Positions 47,928 to 56,930 of a DNA stretch of 64,000 nt are shown here, in pieces (the first letter of the stretch is position 1; each line of letters begins with the position of its first letter). Under the pieces are notes generated by a model. That model worked only from the letters and a program-made list of their open reading frames with translations, searched no databases and was not told where the DNA came from. This stretch comes from Bacteroidota bacterium (GTDB taxonomy: Bacteria > Bacteroidota > Bacteroidia > Chitinophagales > Chitinophagaceae), in contig JBQTHS010000095.1 of the NCBI GenBank assembly GCA_052389635.1, positions 9-64,008 of the forward strand, written 5' to 3'. The position numbers were made by a program, and so were the translations under genes.

Positions 47928-49283
47928 ATGGGAAGAAAATTATTATTAGACAAGGCTCACATTGAAAACATCAGGCGCTATGATGTGTACCGCCGCGAAG
48001 GCGGCTATCGAAGTGTGGAGAAAGCATTGAAAACTATGAGCCCGGACGCCGTTACTGAAGAAGTAAAGAAAAGCGGGCTTCGTGGCCGTGGGGGCGCTGG
48101 TTTTCCCACCGGGATGAAATGGGGTTTTCTGGCCAAACCGGAAGGAGTGCCCCGTTACCTCGTGGTGAATGCAGATGAATCGGAGCCGGGGACATTCAAG
48201 GACAGGTACCTGATGGAGTTCATTCCGCACCTGCTGATCGAAGGAATGATCACTTCTTCTTATGCTATTGGCTCCAACCGCTCTTACATTTATATACGGG
48301 GGGAATTTGCCTGGATCGTTGATATTCTCGAGCAGGCCATCACGGAAGCAAAGAACAATGGCTGGCTGGGAAAGAATATCCTGGGCAGCGGTTTTGATTG
48401 TGAAATATATGTGCAGCGTGGCGCCGGCGCTTATATCTGCGGGGAGGAAACAGCATTGCTGGAATCGTTGGAAGGGAAAAGAGGTAATCCGAGGATCAAA
48501 CCGCCATTCCCGGCGGTAAAAGGTTTATGGGACTGCCCGACAGTGGTGAATAATGTGGAGACCATTGCTGCCGTGGTTCCCATCGTCAATGAAGGGGGAA
48601 ATGAATATGCTAAAATCGGAATTGGAAAATCAACAGGAACGAAATTGATTTCTGCCTGTGGTAATATTAAAAAGCAGGGGGTGTACGAAATTGACATGAC
48701 CATAAGCGTGGAAGAATTTATTTACAGCGATGAATACTGTGGCGGTATTGCCAACGGAAGAAAACTGAAAGCCTGTATTCCCGGCGGTTCATCAGTGCCT
48801 ATCCTGCCCGCTAACCTTTTGTTGACAACAGCAAAAGGGGAGAAGAGGATGATGACCTACGAAAGTCTGGCTGATGGGGGTTTTGCAACCGGTTCGATGA
48901 TGGGTTCGGGTGGATTTATTGTGCTGGATGATACGCAGTGTGTGGTAAAACATACATACACTCTTGCAAGATTTTATCGTCATGAAAGTTGCGGACAATG
49001 TTCACCCTGCCGGGAAGGCACCGGGTGGATGGAAAAAATTCTCTGGAACATTGAAACCGGAAAAGGAAAGATGAGTGATATTGATTTACTCTGGGATATA
49101 CAGCGGAAAATTGAAGGGAATACGATTTGCCCGTTAGGAGATGCGGCTGCATGGCCTGTTGCCGCTGCTATCAGGCATTTCAGGGATGAGTTTGAATGGC
49201 ATGTGACGAACCCGGATGATGCACAAAGAAGGAATTATGGATTGGCCGGATACGCAGAACCTTTAAAAGCAGCTGTTTCTTAA
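47928..49283 (+). CDS. nuoF: NADH-quinone oxidoreductase subunit F
   Basis: Motifs SGLRGRGGAGF, NADESEPG, GAGAYICGEETAL and ESCGQCSPCREG. Confidence 0.98.
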   Translation: MGRKLLLDKAHIENIRRYDVYRREGGYRSVEKALKTMSPDAVTEEVKKSGLRGRGGAGFPTGMKWGFLAKPEGVPRYLVVNADESEPGTFKDRYLMEFIPHLLIEGMITSSYAIGSNRSYIYIRGEFAWIVDILEQAITEAKNNGWLGKNILGSGFDCEIYVQRGAGAYICGEETALLESLEGKRGNPRIKPPFPAVKGLWDCPTVVNNVETIAAVVPIVNEGGNEYAKIGIGKSTGTKLISACGNIKKQGVYEIDMTISVEEFIYSDEYCGGIANGRKLKACIPGGSSVPILPANLLLTTAKGEKRMMTYESLADGGFATGSMMGSGGFIVLDDTQCVVKHTYTLARFYRHESCGQCSPCREGTGWMEKILWNIETGKGKMSDIDLLWDIQRKIEGNTICPLGDAAAWPVAAAIRHFRDEFEWHVTNPDDAQRRNYGLAGYAEPLKAAVS

Positions 49284-49744
49284 AGTAAAAAATCAAAAGC
49301 CAAAATTCAAAACCGTGGAAGAAATATTTGAGACTTTTGAAGTAAATGAAGGGGAGAAACCTTATAATATTAGGCATAGGTGCTACTATTTTTCGAAGGA
49401 AGTAGTGCTGTATGTGAAAGCTTGTAAATATGATAAAGTTTATCATTCAGTATTTGACCAACTGATAAGAAGCGCAACATCCATTGGAGCTAACCTGGTT
49501 GAAGGCAGAGCGGGCAGTTCGAGAAAAGACTGGAAAAATTTTTATGTTATAGCCCTGAAGTCTGCCAATGAAACAAAATATTGGCTGTGCTTGATTAGAG
49601 ACACAATGGAAACAGACAAATTAAAAATAAAGGAGCTGATAACTGAAGCGGAAGAGATTTCAAATATTATTGCTACAATTATAGTGAATGCCCGGAAGGG
49701 GGGAGGTTTTTGACTTTTTAATTTTGACTTTTGACTTTTGAATT
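49282..49744. mobile_element. Putative cassette: a four-helix-bundle gene between inverted heptamer arrays
   Basis: Left arm AAAGTAA AAAATCA AAAGCCA AAATTCA AAA (49282-49312); right arm TTTTGAC TTTTTAA TTTTGAC TTTTGAC TTTTGAA TT (49708-49744). Mobility is inferred, not shown. Confidence 0.6.
49315..49713 (+). CDS. Four-helix-bundle protein (23S rRNA IVP / TIGR02436-like)
   Basis: Motifs QLIRSATSIGANLVEG and ALKSANETKYWL; GTG start. Confidence 0.92.
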   Translation: MEEIFETFEVNEGEKPYNIRHRCYYFSKEVVLYVKACKYDKVYHSVFDQLIRSATSIGANLVEGRAGSSRKDWKNFYVIALKSANETKYWLCLIRDTMETDKLKIKELITEAEEISNIIATIIVNARKGGGF

Positions 49745-49750
49745 ACTATA

Positions 49751-50854
49751 ATGGCTGAAGACAAAAAAACATTTAAAGTAACCATTGACAACATCACCCT
49801 CGATGTTGAACCGGGTACTACTATCTTAAATGCCGCCCGTAAAATCGGCGGCGATGTAACACCGCCTGCCATGTGCTATTACAGCAAACTGCAGGGCAGC
49901 GGTGGTAAATGCCGTACCTGCCTGGTGGAAGTAGCCGCAGGCTCTGCGGCTGATCCGAGGCCGATGCCAAAACTGATGGCCAGTTGCCGTACCACGGTAA
50001 TGGATGGTATGGTGGTAAAAAATATGACGAGTGAAAAGGTAACAGATGCAAGAAACGGGGTAGTAGAGTTCTTATTGATCAATCATCCGCTGGATTGCCC
50101 GGTATGCGACCAGGCCGGTGAATGCGACCTGCAGGACCTGGGATATAACCATGGGAAAGAAGGCACCCGCTACGAATTCAAAAGAAGAACATTTGAGAAA
50201 GAGGATATAGGGCCCTGCATACAGTTGCATATGACAAGGTGCATACTTTGCTATCGTTGCACCTATGTAGCCGACCAGTTAACTGATAACCGGGTGCATG
50301 GAGTGCTGGACAGAGGTGACCATTCAGAGATCTCTACTTATATTTCCAAAGCAATTGATAGTGACTTCAGCGGAAATATGATTGATGTGTGCCCGGTTGG
50401 TGCATTAACGGATAAAACATTCCGGTTTAAAAACAGGGTGTGGTTTACCAAACCGGTGGATGCTCACCGTGATTGCGACAAATGCTGCGGTAAAGTAACC
50501 TTATGGCAGCGGGGCGATGATGTACTGAGGGTAACGGCCCGGAAAGATGAATGGGGCGAAGTGCAGAGCTTTGATGGCAAACCCGGCTGGATATGTAACA
50601 ATTGCCGGTTTCATAAAAAGAAAGTCAGTGATTGGGTGATAGAAGGACTGACAAATATTAACCGGCACTCAGTGATAGGGCAGGGAAAATATCCGGGGTT
50701 GGTGATACCCAAAGAAACAATAGCCGATGTGATGGGTGGCAGGGATCCGAAACTGCTGATGGATATCCATGACATCAGTGATGTGAACAGTGTGGAGATA
50801 GCTTCTCTGCCAGGGCCGGCAACAAGTGAAACGTTTGATAAGGGTAGAAAATGA
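49751..50854 (+). CDS. nuoG: NADH-quinone oxidoreductase subunit G (short form)
   Basis: Motifs CRTCLV, HPLDCPVCDQAGEC, CILCYRC and DVCPVGAL; 367 aa. Confidence 0.95.
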   Translation: MAEDKKTFKVTIDNITLDVEPGTTILNAARKIGGDVTPPAMCYYSKLQGSGGKCRTCLVEVAAGSAADPRPMPKLMASCRTTVMDGMVVKNMTSEKVTDARNGVVEFLLINHPLDCPVCDQAGECDLQDLGYNHGKEGTRYEFKRRTFEKEDIGPCIQLHMTRCILCYRCTYVADQLTDNRVHGVLDRGDHSEISTYISKAIDSDFSGNMIDVCPVGALTDKTFRFKNRVWFTKPVDAHRDCDKCCGKVTLWQRGDDVLRVTARKDEWGEVQSFDGKPGWICNNCRFHKKKVSDWVIEGLTNINRHSVIGQGKYPGLVIPKETIADVMGGRDPKLLMDIHDISDVNSVEIASLPGPATSETFDKGRK

Positions 50855-51750
50855 GATTTACTGCAACTATAATTTGTTGCCTTGCCTTATACTTAAGTTC
50901 TTTGAGCCAGCAAGGTTGCTTAGCAATAAGAAACGAATCCGGAGAGCCGATTTCTTATGCTACTGTTTTCATTAAGGGAACAGGAAAAGTTTTCATTGCA
51001 GACAGTTCAGGGAAAATTTGTTTGAAAAGCTATGAAGGCATTGATTCCGGTGATACGGTTTTAATAAGTGCGGTGGGATATCTGGATACTGTAACTACAG
51101 TTGACAAAACCAAAATCTTTAAGCTTTTAAAATCCTTTAAGGTTTTGCCAGAAGTGGTTGTAGTAAACGGGGAAGGGAAAAAAGAAGTATGGGGAACAAA
51201 AAGAAACCCGGTTCCTATTGTTGGATTTGGGGGCGGTACGCTTAGTTTCAGGGAAATATTAAATTCAACTGCAAGAATAATTTATCCTGAAGGAGAGTTT
51301 AAAAAGGCGGAGATTCAATCCGTAGCGTTTTATGATCCTACGGGAAAAGGAATAAATGTTCCGGTCAGGATAAGAGTTTTTTCAATAGGCAAAGATTCTC
51401 TCCCGGCAGGAGATTATTTGACAGACAATTTGATAATAGATACGAAAGGAAAAGGGTGGATGGAAGCAGACCTCAAAGAAAAGGGGCTTATTTTTCCAAA
51501 AGAGGGATTAATATTTGGAATTGAACTTTTCGTTGATAGCAAAGAGAATTATTATCATGAAAAGCGAAAAACAGGAACTGGCAAAAAGGTAGTGACTATC
51601 TACGGATTTAGCCTTGCATTTGAAAAAAGTGAGAAAGTACTCACTATGACTAAATTCCCGGGATGGGGAAATAAATGGTATATCACCCCTTCAAGGAAAG
51701 ATGGATTAGGCAATTTAGTTTGCCGGGTGAAAGTAAAAGTGTGGAGATAG
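50851..51750 (+). CDS. Secreted protein with an N-terminal carboxypeptidase-regulatory-like domain
   Basis: Signal peptide; motifs GEPISYATVFI, ISAVGY and LPEVVV; visibly AT-rich; ATGA overlap with nuoG. Confidence 0.8.
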   Translation: MRFTATIICCLALYLSSLSQQGCLAIRNESGEPISYATVFIKGTGKVFIADSSGKICLKSYEGIDSGDTVLISAVGYLDTVTTVDKTKIFKLLKSFKVLPEVVVVNGEGKKEVWGTKRNPVPIVGFGGGTLSFREILNSTARIIYPEGEFKKAEIQSVAFYDPTGKGINVPVRIRVFSIGKDSLPAGDYLTDNLIIDTKGKGWMEADLKEKGLIFPKEGLIFGIELFVDSKENYYHEKRKTGTGKKVVTIYGFSLAFEKSEKVLTMTKFPGWGNKWYITPSRKDGLGNLVCRVKVKVWR

Positions 51751-51795
51751 ATTTGCTGCCGGGGGCGGTCACTTCAGCATCTTTTAAGAAGTAAG

Positions 51796-51986
51796 ATGAA
51801 CGAAAAAGCAAAAAATATCTTGTCAGCATTAATAGCCGTTATTATTGTGGCATTTATTGTTTTTGCCTTATGTATTGGCTATTGAAGGAGGATCTTAGGG
51901 CAGCGATAGAAATAGCCGTTGCCGTAGCGATTGCCGGGTGGCTGGCACCCATACTGGTTAAATATATCCGAAAGGGGAAAAAATAA
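51796..51986 (+). pseudogene. Small two-TM protein split by a 1-nt frameshift in a T5 run
   Basis: MNEKAKNILSALIAVIIVAFIVF continues as (C)LMYWLLKEDLRAAIEIAVAVAIAGWLAPILVKYIRKGKK if one T is added at 51860-51864. Confidence 0.45.
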
Positions 51987-52013
51987 TTAAAGTCCTGAGG
52001 ACAAATTGTTGTT

Positions 52014-53069
52014 ATGTATTTATTGTCAATAGACTGGTGGTTGATCCTGGAAAAAGCATTGCTGATTGGCGGCATTGTTGGTCTGTCGTTCTTTATTGCC
52101 ATGTACACCACCTATGCCGAAAGAAAAGTGGCGGCATGGCTGCAGGACAGGAGAGGGCCAAACAGGGCCGGGCCCTTTGGTATATTGCAGCCACTAGCTG
52201 ATGGCGGCAAACTTTTTTTCAAGGAAGAAATCATTCCTTTAGCATCGAATAAATTTTTGTTTATCCTTGGCCCGGCATTGGCCATGATAACAGCCTTGCT
52301 CACAAGCACTGTTATTCCATGGGCTGCCCCATTTGTAACGAAAGGCGGTAATGTAATTCCGATGCAGGTGGCTGATGTTGATATGGGGATTTTATTGGTG
52401 TTCAGCATTGTGAGTGTGGGGGTGTATGGTATAATGATTGGCGGCTGGGCATCGAATAATAAATTTTCGCTGATGGCGGCTATCCGGGGCGCTTCGCAAA
52501 TGGTATCGTATGAGTTGCCGATGGGATTAGCACTGATAGCGGTGCTGTTTATTACCGGCTCTTTAAAAATGAGTGAAATTGTGGCCAACCAGGTGCAAAA
52601 CGGCTGGCATATTATTTACCAGCCGCTGGGCTTTATCATCTTTTTTGTATGTGCTTTGGCGGAATGTAACCGTACACCCTTTGACTTACCCGAGGCGGAA
52701 AATGAACTGAACTTTGGTTATCACCAGGAGTATTCGTCCATGAAGCTGGGCTTTTACCTGTTTGCTGAATACATCAATATGTTTGTAAGCAGTGCCGTAA
52801 TGGTAACCTTATATTTTGGCGGGTATGATATTCCGTTTGTGAATGAAGCCACCTGGGGATTAAATTCCTTCTGGATGTCAGTTATAAGTTTCAGTGTCCT
52901 GATGGCGAAAATATCTTTCTTCCTCTTTGTGTTCTTATGGATACGGTGGACGATCCCCCGTTTCCGTTATGACCAATTGATGAATTTGGGTTGGAAGAAA
53001 ATGATACCATTGGCGTTAGTGAATATGATCATTACGGCGGCGGTGATATTGTGGCTGAGGCCCCACTAA
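52014..53069 (+). CDS. nuoH: NADH-quinone oxidoreductase subunit H
   Basis: Motifs ERKVAAWLQDRRGPN, RTPFDLPEAE and PRFRYDQLM. Confidence 0.97.
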   Translation: MYLLSIDWWLILEKALLIGGIVGLSFFIAMYTTYAERKVAAWLQDRRGPNRAGPFGILQPLADGGKLFFKEEIIPLASNKFLFILGPALAMITALLTSTVIPWAAPFVTKGGNVIPMQVADVDMGILLVFSIVSVGVYGIMIGGWASNNKFSLMAAIRGASQMVSYELPMGLALIAVLFITGSLKMSEIVANQVQNGWHIIYQPLGFIIFFVCALAECNRTPFDLPEAENELNFGYHQEYSSMKLGFYLFAEYINMFVSSAVMVTLYFGGYDIPFVNEATWGLNSFWMSVISFSVLMAKISFFLFVFLWIRWTIPRFRYDQLMNLGWKKMIPLALVNMIITAAVILWLRPH

Positions 53070-53368
53070 ATCTCCCCGCGGGGAGACTTAACATTGCACA
53101 AGGCCAACTTTTTTAGAAAGGCTGATGGAAACAAAAAGTTCTTGAGTTTGGAAAAAGCGCAGCCCCGGAGGGGCTGAATGCCGGTAGCCCCGGATGAAAT
53201 CCGGGGAAAGGAGAACGAAAAGCACGAAGAACCCCATAGGGGTTCAACAGAAAATAAGAATAGAGAAGATTTTGATATTGGAACGGAGGTGTCGCAAATG
53301 CTGAGCAGCCATATGCAGTGCAAGAGTGCGACGCAAGGGACGATGATAGCAGCAATGCAGATGACAAA
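53061..53368. repeat. Composite repeat region at the nuoH/I junction
   Basis: CCCCACTAAATCTCCCCGCGGGGAGACTT (53061-53089, supplies the nuoH stop), a tripartite element (53161-53245), GAGTGCGACGCAA (53324-53336) and a 30-bp motif (53339-53368). Confidence 0.75.
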
Positions 53369-53390
53369 ATATATATTTGCAAACTTTAAA

Positions 53391-53933
53391 ATGAGGATAC
53401 GCTTAACAAACAGGTCAGTAGAAGTGAGCCGAAAACCGATGACATTCCTGGAGAGTATTTATCTCTGGAATATCCTGAAGGGCATGGGTATTACCATCAG
53501 CCATTTGTTCAAAAGAAAGGCAACGATCAATTATCCTGAGCAGAAAAGATCATTTTCAAAAGTGTTTCGTGGTTTGCATGTGCTGAACCGTGATGCGGGA
53601 GGAAGGGAAAATTGTACTGCTTGTGGATTATGTGCGGTGGCTTGCCCGGCAGAAGCCATCACAATGGAAGGGGCGGAGAGATTACCCGGGGAAGAACACC
53701 TGTACCGGGAAGAAAAATATGCAGTGAAGTATGAGATCAACATGCTGCGTTGTATTTTCTGTGGCTTGTGTGAAGAGGCCTGCCCGAAAGATGCAATCTA
53801 TTTGTCGCAAACCTTTGCCCCGGCTAACTATGGACGAAAAGGATTTATTTATAAAAAGGAAGATCTGCTGATACCTCACCCGGTTAAAGAGCCTGAAGCG
53901 TATAAGAAGGCATTGGGTGAAAAGGTTAAGTAG
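53391..53933 (+). CDS. nuoI: NADH-quinone oxidoreductase subunit I
   Basis: Two CxxCxxCxxxCP motifs. The start was moved from 53178 to ATG 53391. Confidence 0.95.
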   Translation: MRIRLTNRSVEVSRKPMTFLESIYLWNILKGMGITISHLFKRKATINYPEQKRSFSKVFRGLHVLNRDAGGRENCTACGLCAVACPAEAITMEGAERLPGEEHLYREEKYAVKYEINMLRCIFCGLCEEACPKDAIYLSQTFAPANYGRKGFIYKKEDLLIPHPVKEPEAYKKALGEKVK

Positions 53934-53944
53934 TTGAAGTGTCT

Positions 53945-53990
53945 GGGATTTGTGATTTGATATTTGGAATTTGATACGGGATTTTGATTT
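53945..53990. repeat. Heptamer array before nuoJ (unpaired arm)
   Basis: GGGATTT GTGATTT GATATTT GGAATTT GATACGG GATTTTG ATTT. Confidence 0.75.
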
Positions 53991-53994
53991 GCTT

Positions 53995-54495
53995 ATGGGA
54001 GTAACACAAATTTTATTTTGGTTTCTTTCGGTGGTGGCCATATTCAGCGCTCTGATGGTGATTACCAGTAAGAACCCCGTCTATAGTGTGCTGTGGCTGA
54101 TCGCCACTTTCTTTGCTATTTCCGGTCATTATATATTACTGAATGCCCAGTTCCTGGCCATTGTAAACATTATAGTTTACGCCGGTGCTATCATGGTATT
54201 GTTCCTGTTCGTGATAATGCTGATGAACCTGAATAAAGAAACCGAACCGCAAAAAAACCGCTGGCTGAAAATAGCAGGCGCCGTAGCAGGTGGTTGTTTG
54301 CTGCTGGTGCTGGTGGCTGCATTAAAGGATACCGACATCAAACAACAGCAGGCATTGGTGAATGAAGGCGGGATCGGATTGATTAAAAATTTAGGGAAAG
54401 AATTGTTTACCACTTATGTGGTACCATTTGAGATAAGCAGTGTATTGTTTCTGAGTGCCATGGTAGGGGCGGTGGTGATAGGAAAGAAGGAATGA
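53995..54495 (+). CDS. nuoJ: NADH-quinone oxidoreductase subunit J
   Basis: Motifs KNPVYS, IVYAGAIMVLFLFVIML and PFEISS. The start was moved to ATG 53995. Confidence 0.95.
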   Translation: MGVTQILFWFLSVVAIFSALMVITSKNPVYSVLWLIATFFAISGHYILLNAQFLAIVNIIVYAGAIMVLFLFVIMLMNLNKETEPQKNRWLKIAGAVAGGCLLLVLVAALKDTDIKQQQALVNEGGIGLIKNLGKELFTTYVVPFEISSVLFLSAMVGAVVIGKKE

Positions 54496-54560
54496 AAGGT
54501 TAAAATGAAGAATTAAGAGTTTAGAATTAAAAACCCGATTCTGAACGCATAACTTGAATT
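54491..54560. repeat. Heptamer array with a degenerate inverted partner at nuoJ/K
   Basis: AATGAAA GGTTAAA ATGAAGA ATTAAGA GTTTAGA ATTAAAA (54491-54532), then ATTCTGAACGCATAACTTGAATT. Confidence 0.65.
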
Positions 54561-54561
54561 T

Positions 54562-54897
54562 ATGCCGGTTAATTATTACATATTTCTGTCTATCGCCTTA
54601 TTTACCATTGGCATTGTGGGTGTACTCACACGCCGCAACGCCATTATCATCTTTATGTGCATTGAACTGATGTTGAATGCGGTGAATTTACTGCTGGTGG
54701 CCTTTTCAAAAATGCACCACCTGAAAGCAATAGCTGCTGATGCGGCCACTGCCGCCGGAACAGATGGCCAGTTGTTTGTATTCTTTATAATGGTAGTGGC
54801 AGCGGCAGAAGTGAGTGTGGGCCTGGCCATAATTGTAATGATGTACCGGAATATTCATTCAGTGGATGTGAATTTTTTGAACAGGTTGAAACATTAG
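54562..54897 (+). CDS. nuoK: NADH-quinone oxidoreductase subunit K
   Basis: Motifs [15 protein letters not shown] and [11 protein letters not shown]. Confidence 0.96.
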   Translation: MPVNYYIFLSIALFTIGIVGVLTRRNAIIIFMCIELMLNAVNLLLVAFSKMHHLKAIAADAATAAGTDGQLFVFFIMVVAAAEVSVGLAIIVMMYRNIHSVDVNFLNRLKH

Positions 54898-54907
54898 AAG
54901 ACAATTT

Positions 54908-56800
54908 ATGCAGAATGTATTACAAATAGTGTATCTGATTCCTCTCTTGCCATTGATTGGGTTCCTTATCAATGGTTTGGGAAGAAAGCACTTGTCGAAA
55001 TCGGCGATTGGTATAATTGGTTCAGGGGTCATCCTTGCCTCGTTTGCACTCAGCATCTGGGTGTTTATGCAGGTAAGGGGCGGCAACACCCATGAAGCTC
55101 ACTATTTCGATTTCATAAATGCCGGTTCACTGAAAATTCCTTTTGCTTTTAAGATTGACCAGCTCTCTTCCTTGTTCCTGCTGATAATAACAGGAGTTGG
55201 TTTCCTGATCCATGTTTACTCCACTTCCTACATGCACGGGGAGAAGACAGAGCATTTCGGAAGGTATTTCTCCTTCCTGAACCTGTTTGTTTTCTCCATG
55301 CTCCTGCTGGTGATGGGCGCCAATTTCGTCATCATGTTCATCGGCTGGGAAGGAGTAGGGCTTTGTTCTTACCTGCTGATCGGCTATTGGTTCAAAAACC
55401 AGGAGTACAATAAAGCGGCGAACAAGGCCTTTATCATGAACCGTATCGGCGACCTGGCTTTCCTGATCGCTATTTTTTGGCTGATCCAAAAACTGGGCAC
55501 TGTTTCATACAGCGAGGTCTTCAATACAGCCAACCTGGCCAAACTGAAAACTGCCGATATAACTGCCATTACACTGTTACTTTTCGTTGGAGCTACTGGT
55601 AAAAGCGCCCAGATACCTTTATACACCTGGTTGCCCGATGCGATGGCAGGCCCTACTCCCGTCTCAGCACTGATCCATGCCGCTACGATGGTAACAGCCG
55701 GTATTTATATGATTGCCCGGAGTAATGTGCTGTACTCCCTGGCGCCCCTTACGACGGATATTGTGGCATACATTGGCCTGGCAACAGCATTACTGGCGGC
55801 TACCATTGCCCTCAGGCAAAATGATATTAAAAAAGTGCTGGCATATTCTACGGTAAGCCAGTTAGGGTTCATGTTCCTGGCATTAGGTTGCGGGGCTTAT
55901 ACAGCAGCTGTGTTTCATGTAATGACACATGCCTTCTTCAAAGCCCTGTTGTTCCTCGGCAGCGGCAGTGTGATACATGCCATGGGCGGTGAGCAGGATA
56001 TCCGGAACATGGGAGGATTGAGCAGGAAGCTTAAAATCACTTTTATCACCTTCCTGATTGGATGTATTGCTATTGCCGGTATCCCGCCATTCAGTGGTTT
56101 CTTTTCCAAAGACGCCATCTTATTGAGCGCATTCATAAAAAGCCCGGGGCTCTATGGAATTGCTTTGTTCACAGCCTTGCTTACTGCATTCTATATATTC
56201 CGTTTGCTGTTCATCACTTTCACTGGGAAATTCAGGGGAACTCCTGAGCAGGAGCATCACCTGCATGAAAGCCCGGCAGCCATAACGATTACTTTGATCA
56301 TCCTTGCTGTTCTTTCCATAATTGGTGGTTTTGTGGGAATACCGGAAGTGTTCATGCAGGGCGGCGATAAGATCGGCGAATTTTTATCTCCTGTCATTGC
56401 CGCACATGACGGACATACGGTTTCACACTCTACCGAATATATGCTGATGAGTTTGTCAACAGGGTTGGTTATAATCATGATCATTTTTGCCGGGTTCAGA
56501 TTCAGAAACTACCAGCGCAGCGAGGCCACAGGGTTGGGAAAAGTGCTGGAGAATAAATGGTATGTGGATGAATTGTACGACAAAGTGTTTGTGAACCCGC
56601 TGCATAAATTCGGCGGATTCCTGAAGAATATAATAGAGAAAGGCGTGATCGACGGGTTGGTCAATGGTACGGGACGGTTGGTGAACTATGGTAGTCGCCA
56701 GTTACGGCTGCTGCAAAGCGGCCAGGTGGGCAGCTATGTATTGCTGATGGTGCTGAGCATGGTAATAATATTTGCGGTTCAATTCTTTTTGAGAAAATAG
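54908..56800 (+). CDS. nuoL: NADH-quinone oxidoreductase subunit L
   Basis: Motifs GKSAQIPLYTWLPDAMAGPTPVSALIHAATM and HAFFKALLF. Confidence 0.97.
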   Translation: MQNVLQIVYLIPLLPLIGFLINGLGRKHLSKSAIGIIGSGVILASFALSIWVFMQVRGGNTHEAHYFDFINAGSLKIPFAFKIDQLSSLFLLIITGVGFLIHVYSTSYMHGEKTEHFGRYFSFLNLFVFSMLLLVMGANFVIMFIGWEGVGLCSYLLIGYWFKNQEYNKAANKAFIMNRIGDLAFLIAIFWLIQKLGTVSYSEVFNTANLAKLKTADITAITLLLFVGATGKSAQIPLYTWLPDAMAGPTPVSALIHAATMVTAGIYMIARSNVLYSLAPLTTDIVAYIGLATALLAATIALRQNDIKKVLAYSTVSQLGFMFLALGCGAYTAAVFHVMTHAFFKALLFLGSGSVIHAMGGEQDIRNMGGLSRKLKITFITFLIGCIAIAGIPPFSGFFSKDAILLSAFIKSPGLYGIALFTALLTAFYIFRLLFITFTGKFRGTPEQEHHLHESPAAITITLIILAVLSIIGGFVGIPEVFMQGGDKIGEFLSPVIAAHDGHTVSHSTEYMLMSLSTGLVIIMIIFAGFRFRNYQRSEATGLGKVLENKWYVDELYDKVFVNPLHKFGGFLKNIIEKGVIDGLVNGTGRLVNYGSRQLRLLQSGQVGSYVLLMVLSMVIIFAVQFFLRK

Positions 56801-56924
56801 GCCCCAAATTCCCAGCAAGGGACTTCGGAGCTTCATTATAATTTGAAATTTGATTAAAGTATTTGAAATAACTAAATAAAATGACTCTTCGGAAACCTCG
56901 CTTGCAGGGAGGTTGGGAGGGGCT
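56801..56924. repeat. Inverted pair of C/G-rich hairpin repeats at nuoL/M
   Basis: GCCCCAAATTCCCAGCAAGGGACTT directly after the nuoL stop, and CCTCGCTTGCAGGGAGGTTGGGAGGGGCT just before nuoM. Confidence 0.7.
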
Positions 56925-56930
56925 AATAGT

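Noticed and set aside
49315-49713. Diversity-generating retroelement, suggested by the Avd-like fold
   Set aside because: No reverse transcriptase and no TR/VR pair with adenine-specific mismatches is visible in the window.
49751-50854. nuoG as a truncated pseudogene
   Set aside because: All N-terminal Fe-S motifs are intact and the frame ends cleanly; short NuoG is, as I recall, usual in aerobic Bacteroidota.
53178-53390. 71-aa N-terminal extension of NuoI in the ORF track
   Set aside because: It is an open frame through stacked repeats; NuoI-like sequence begins at ATG 53391.
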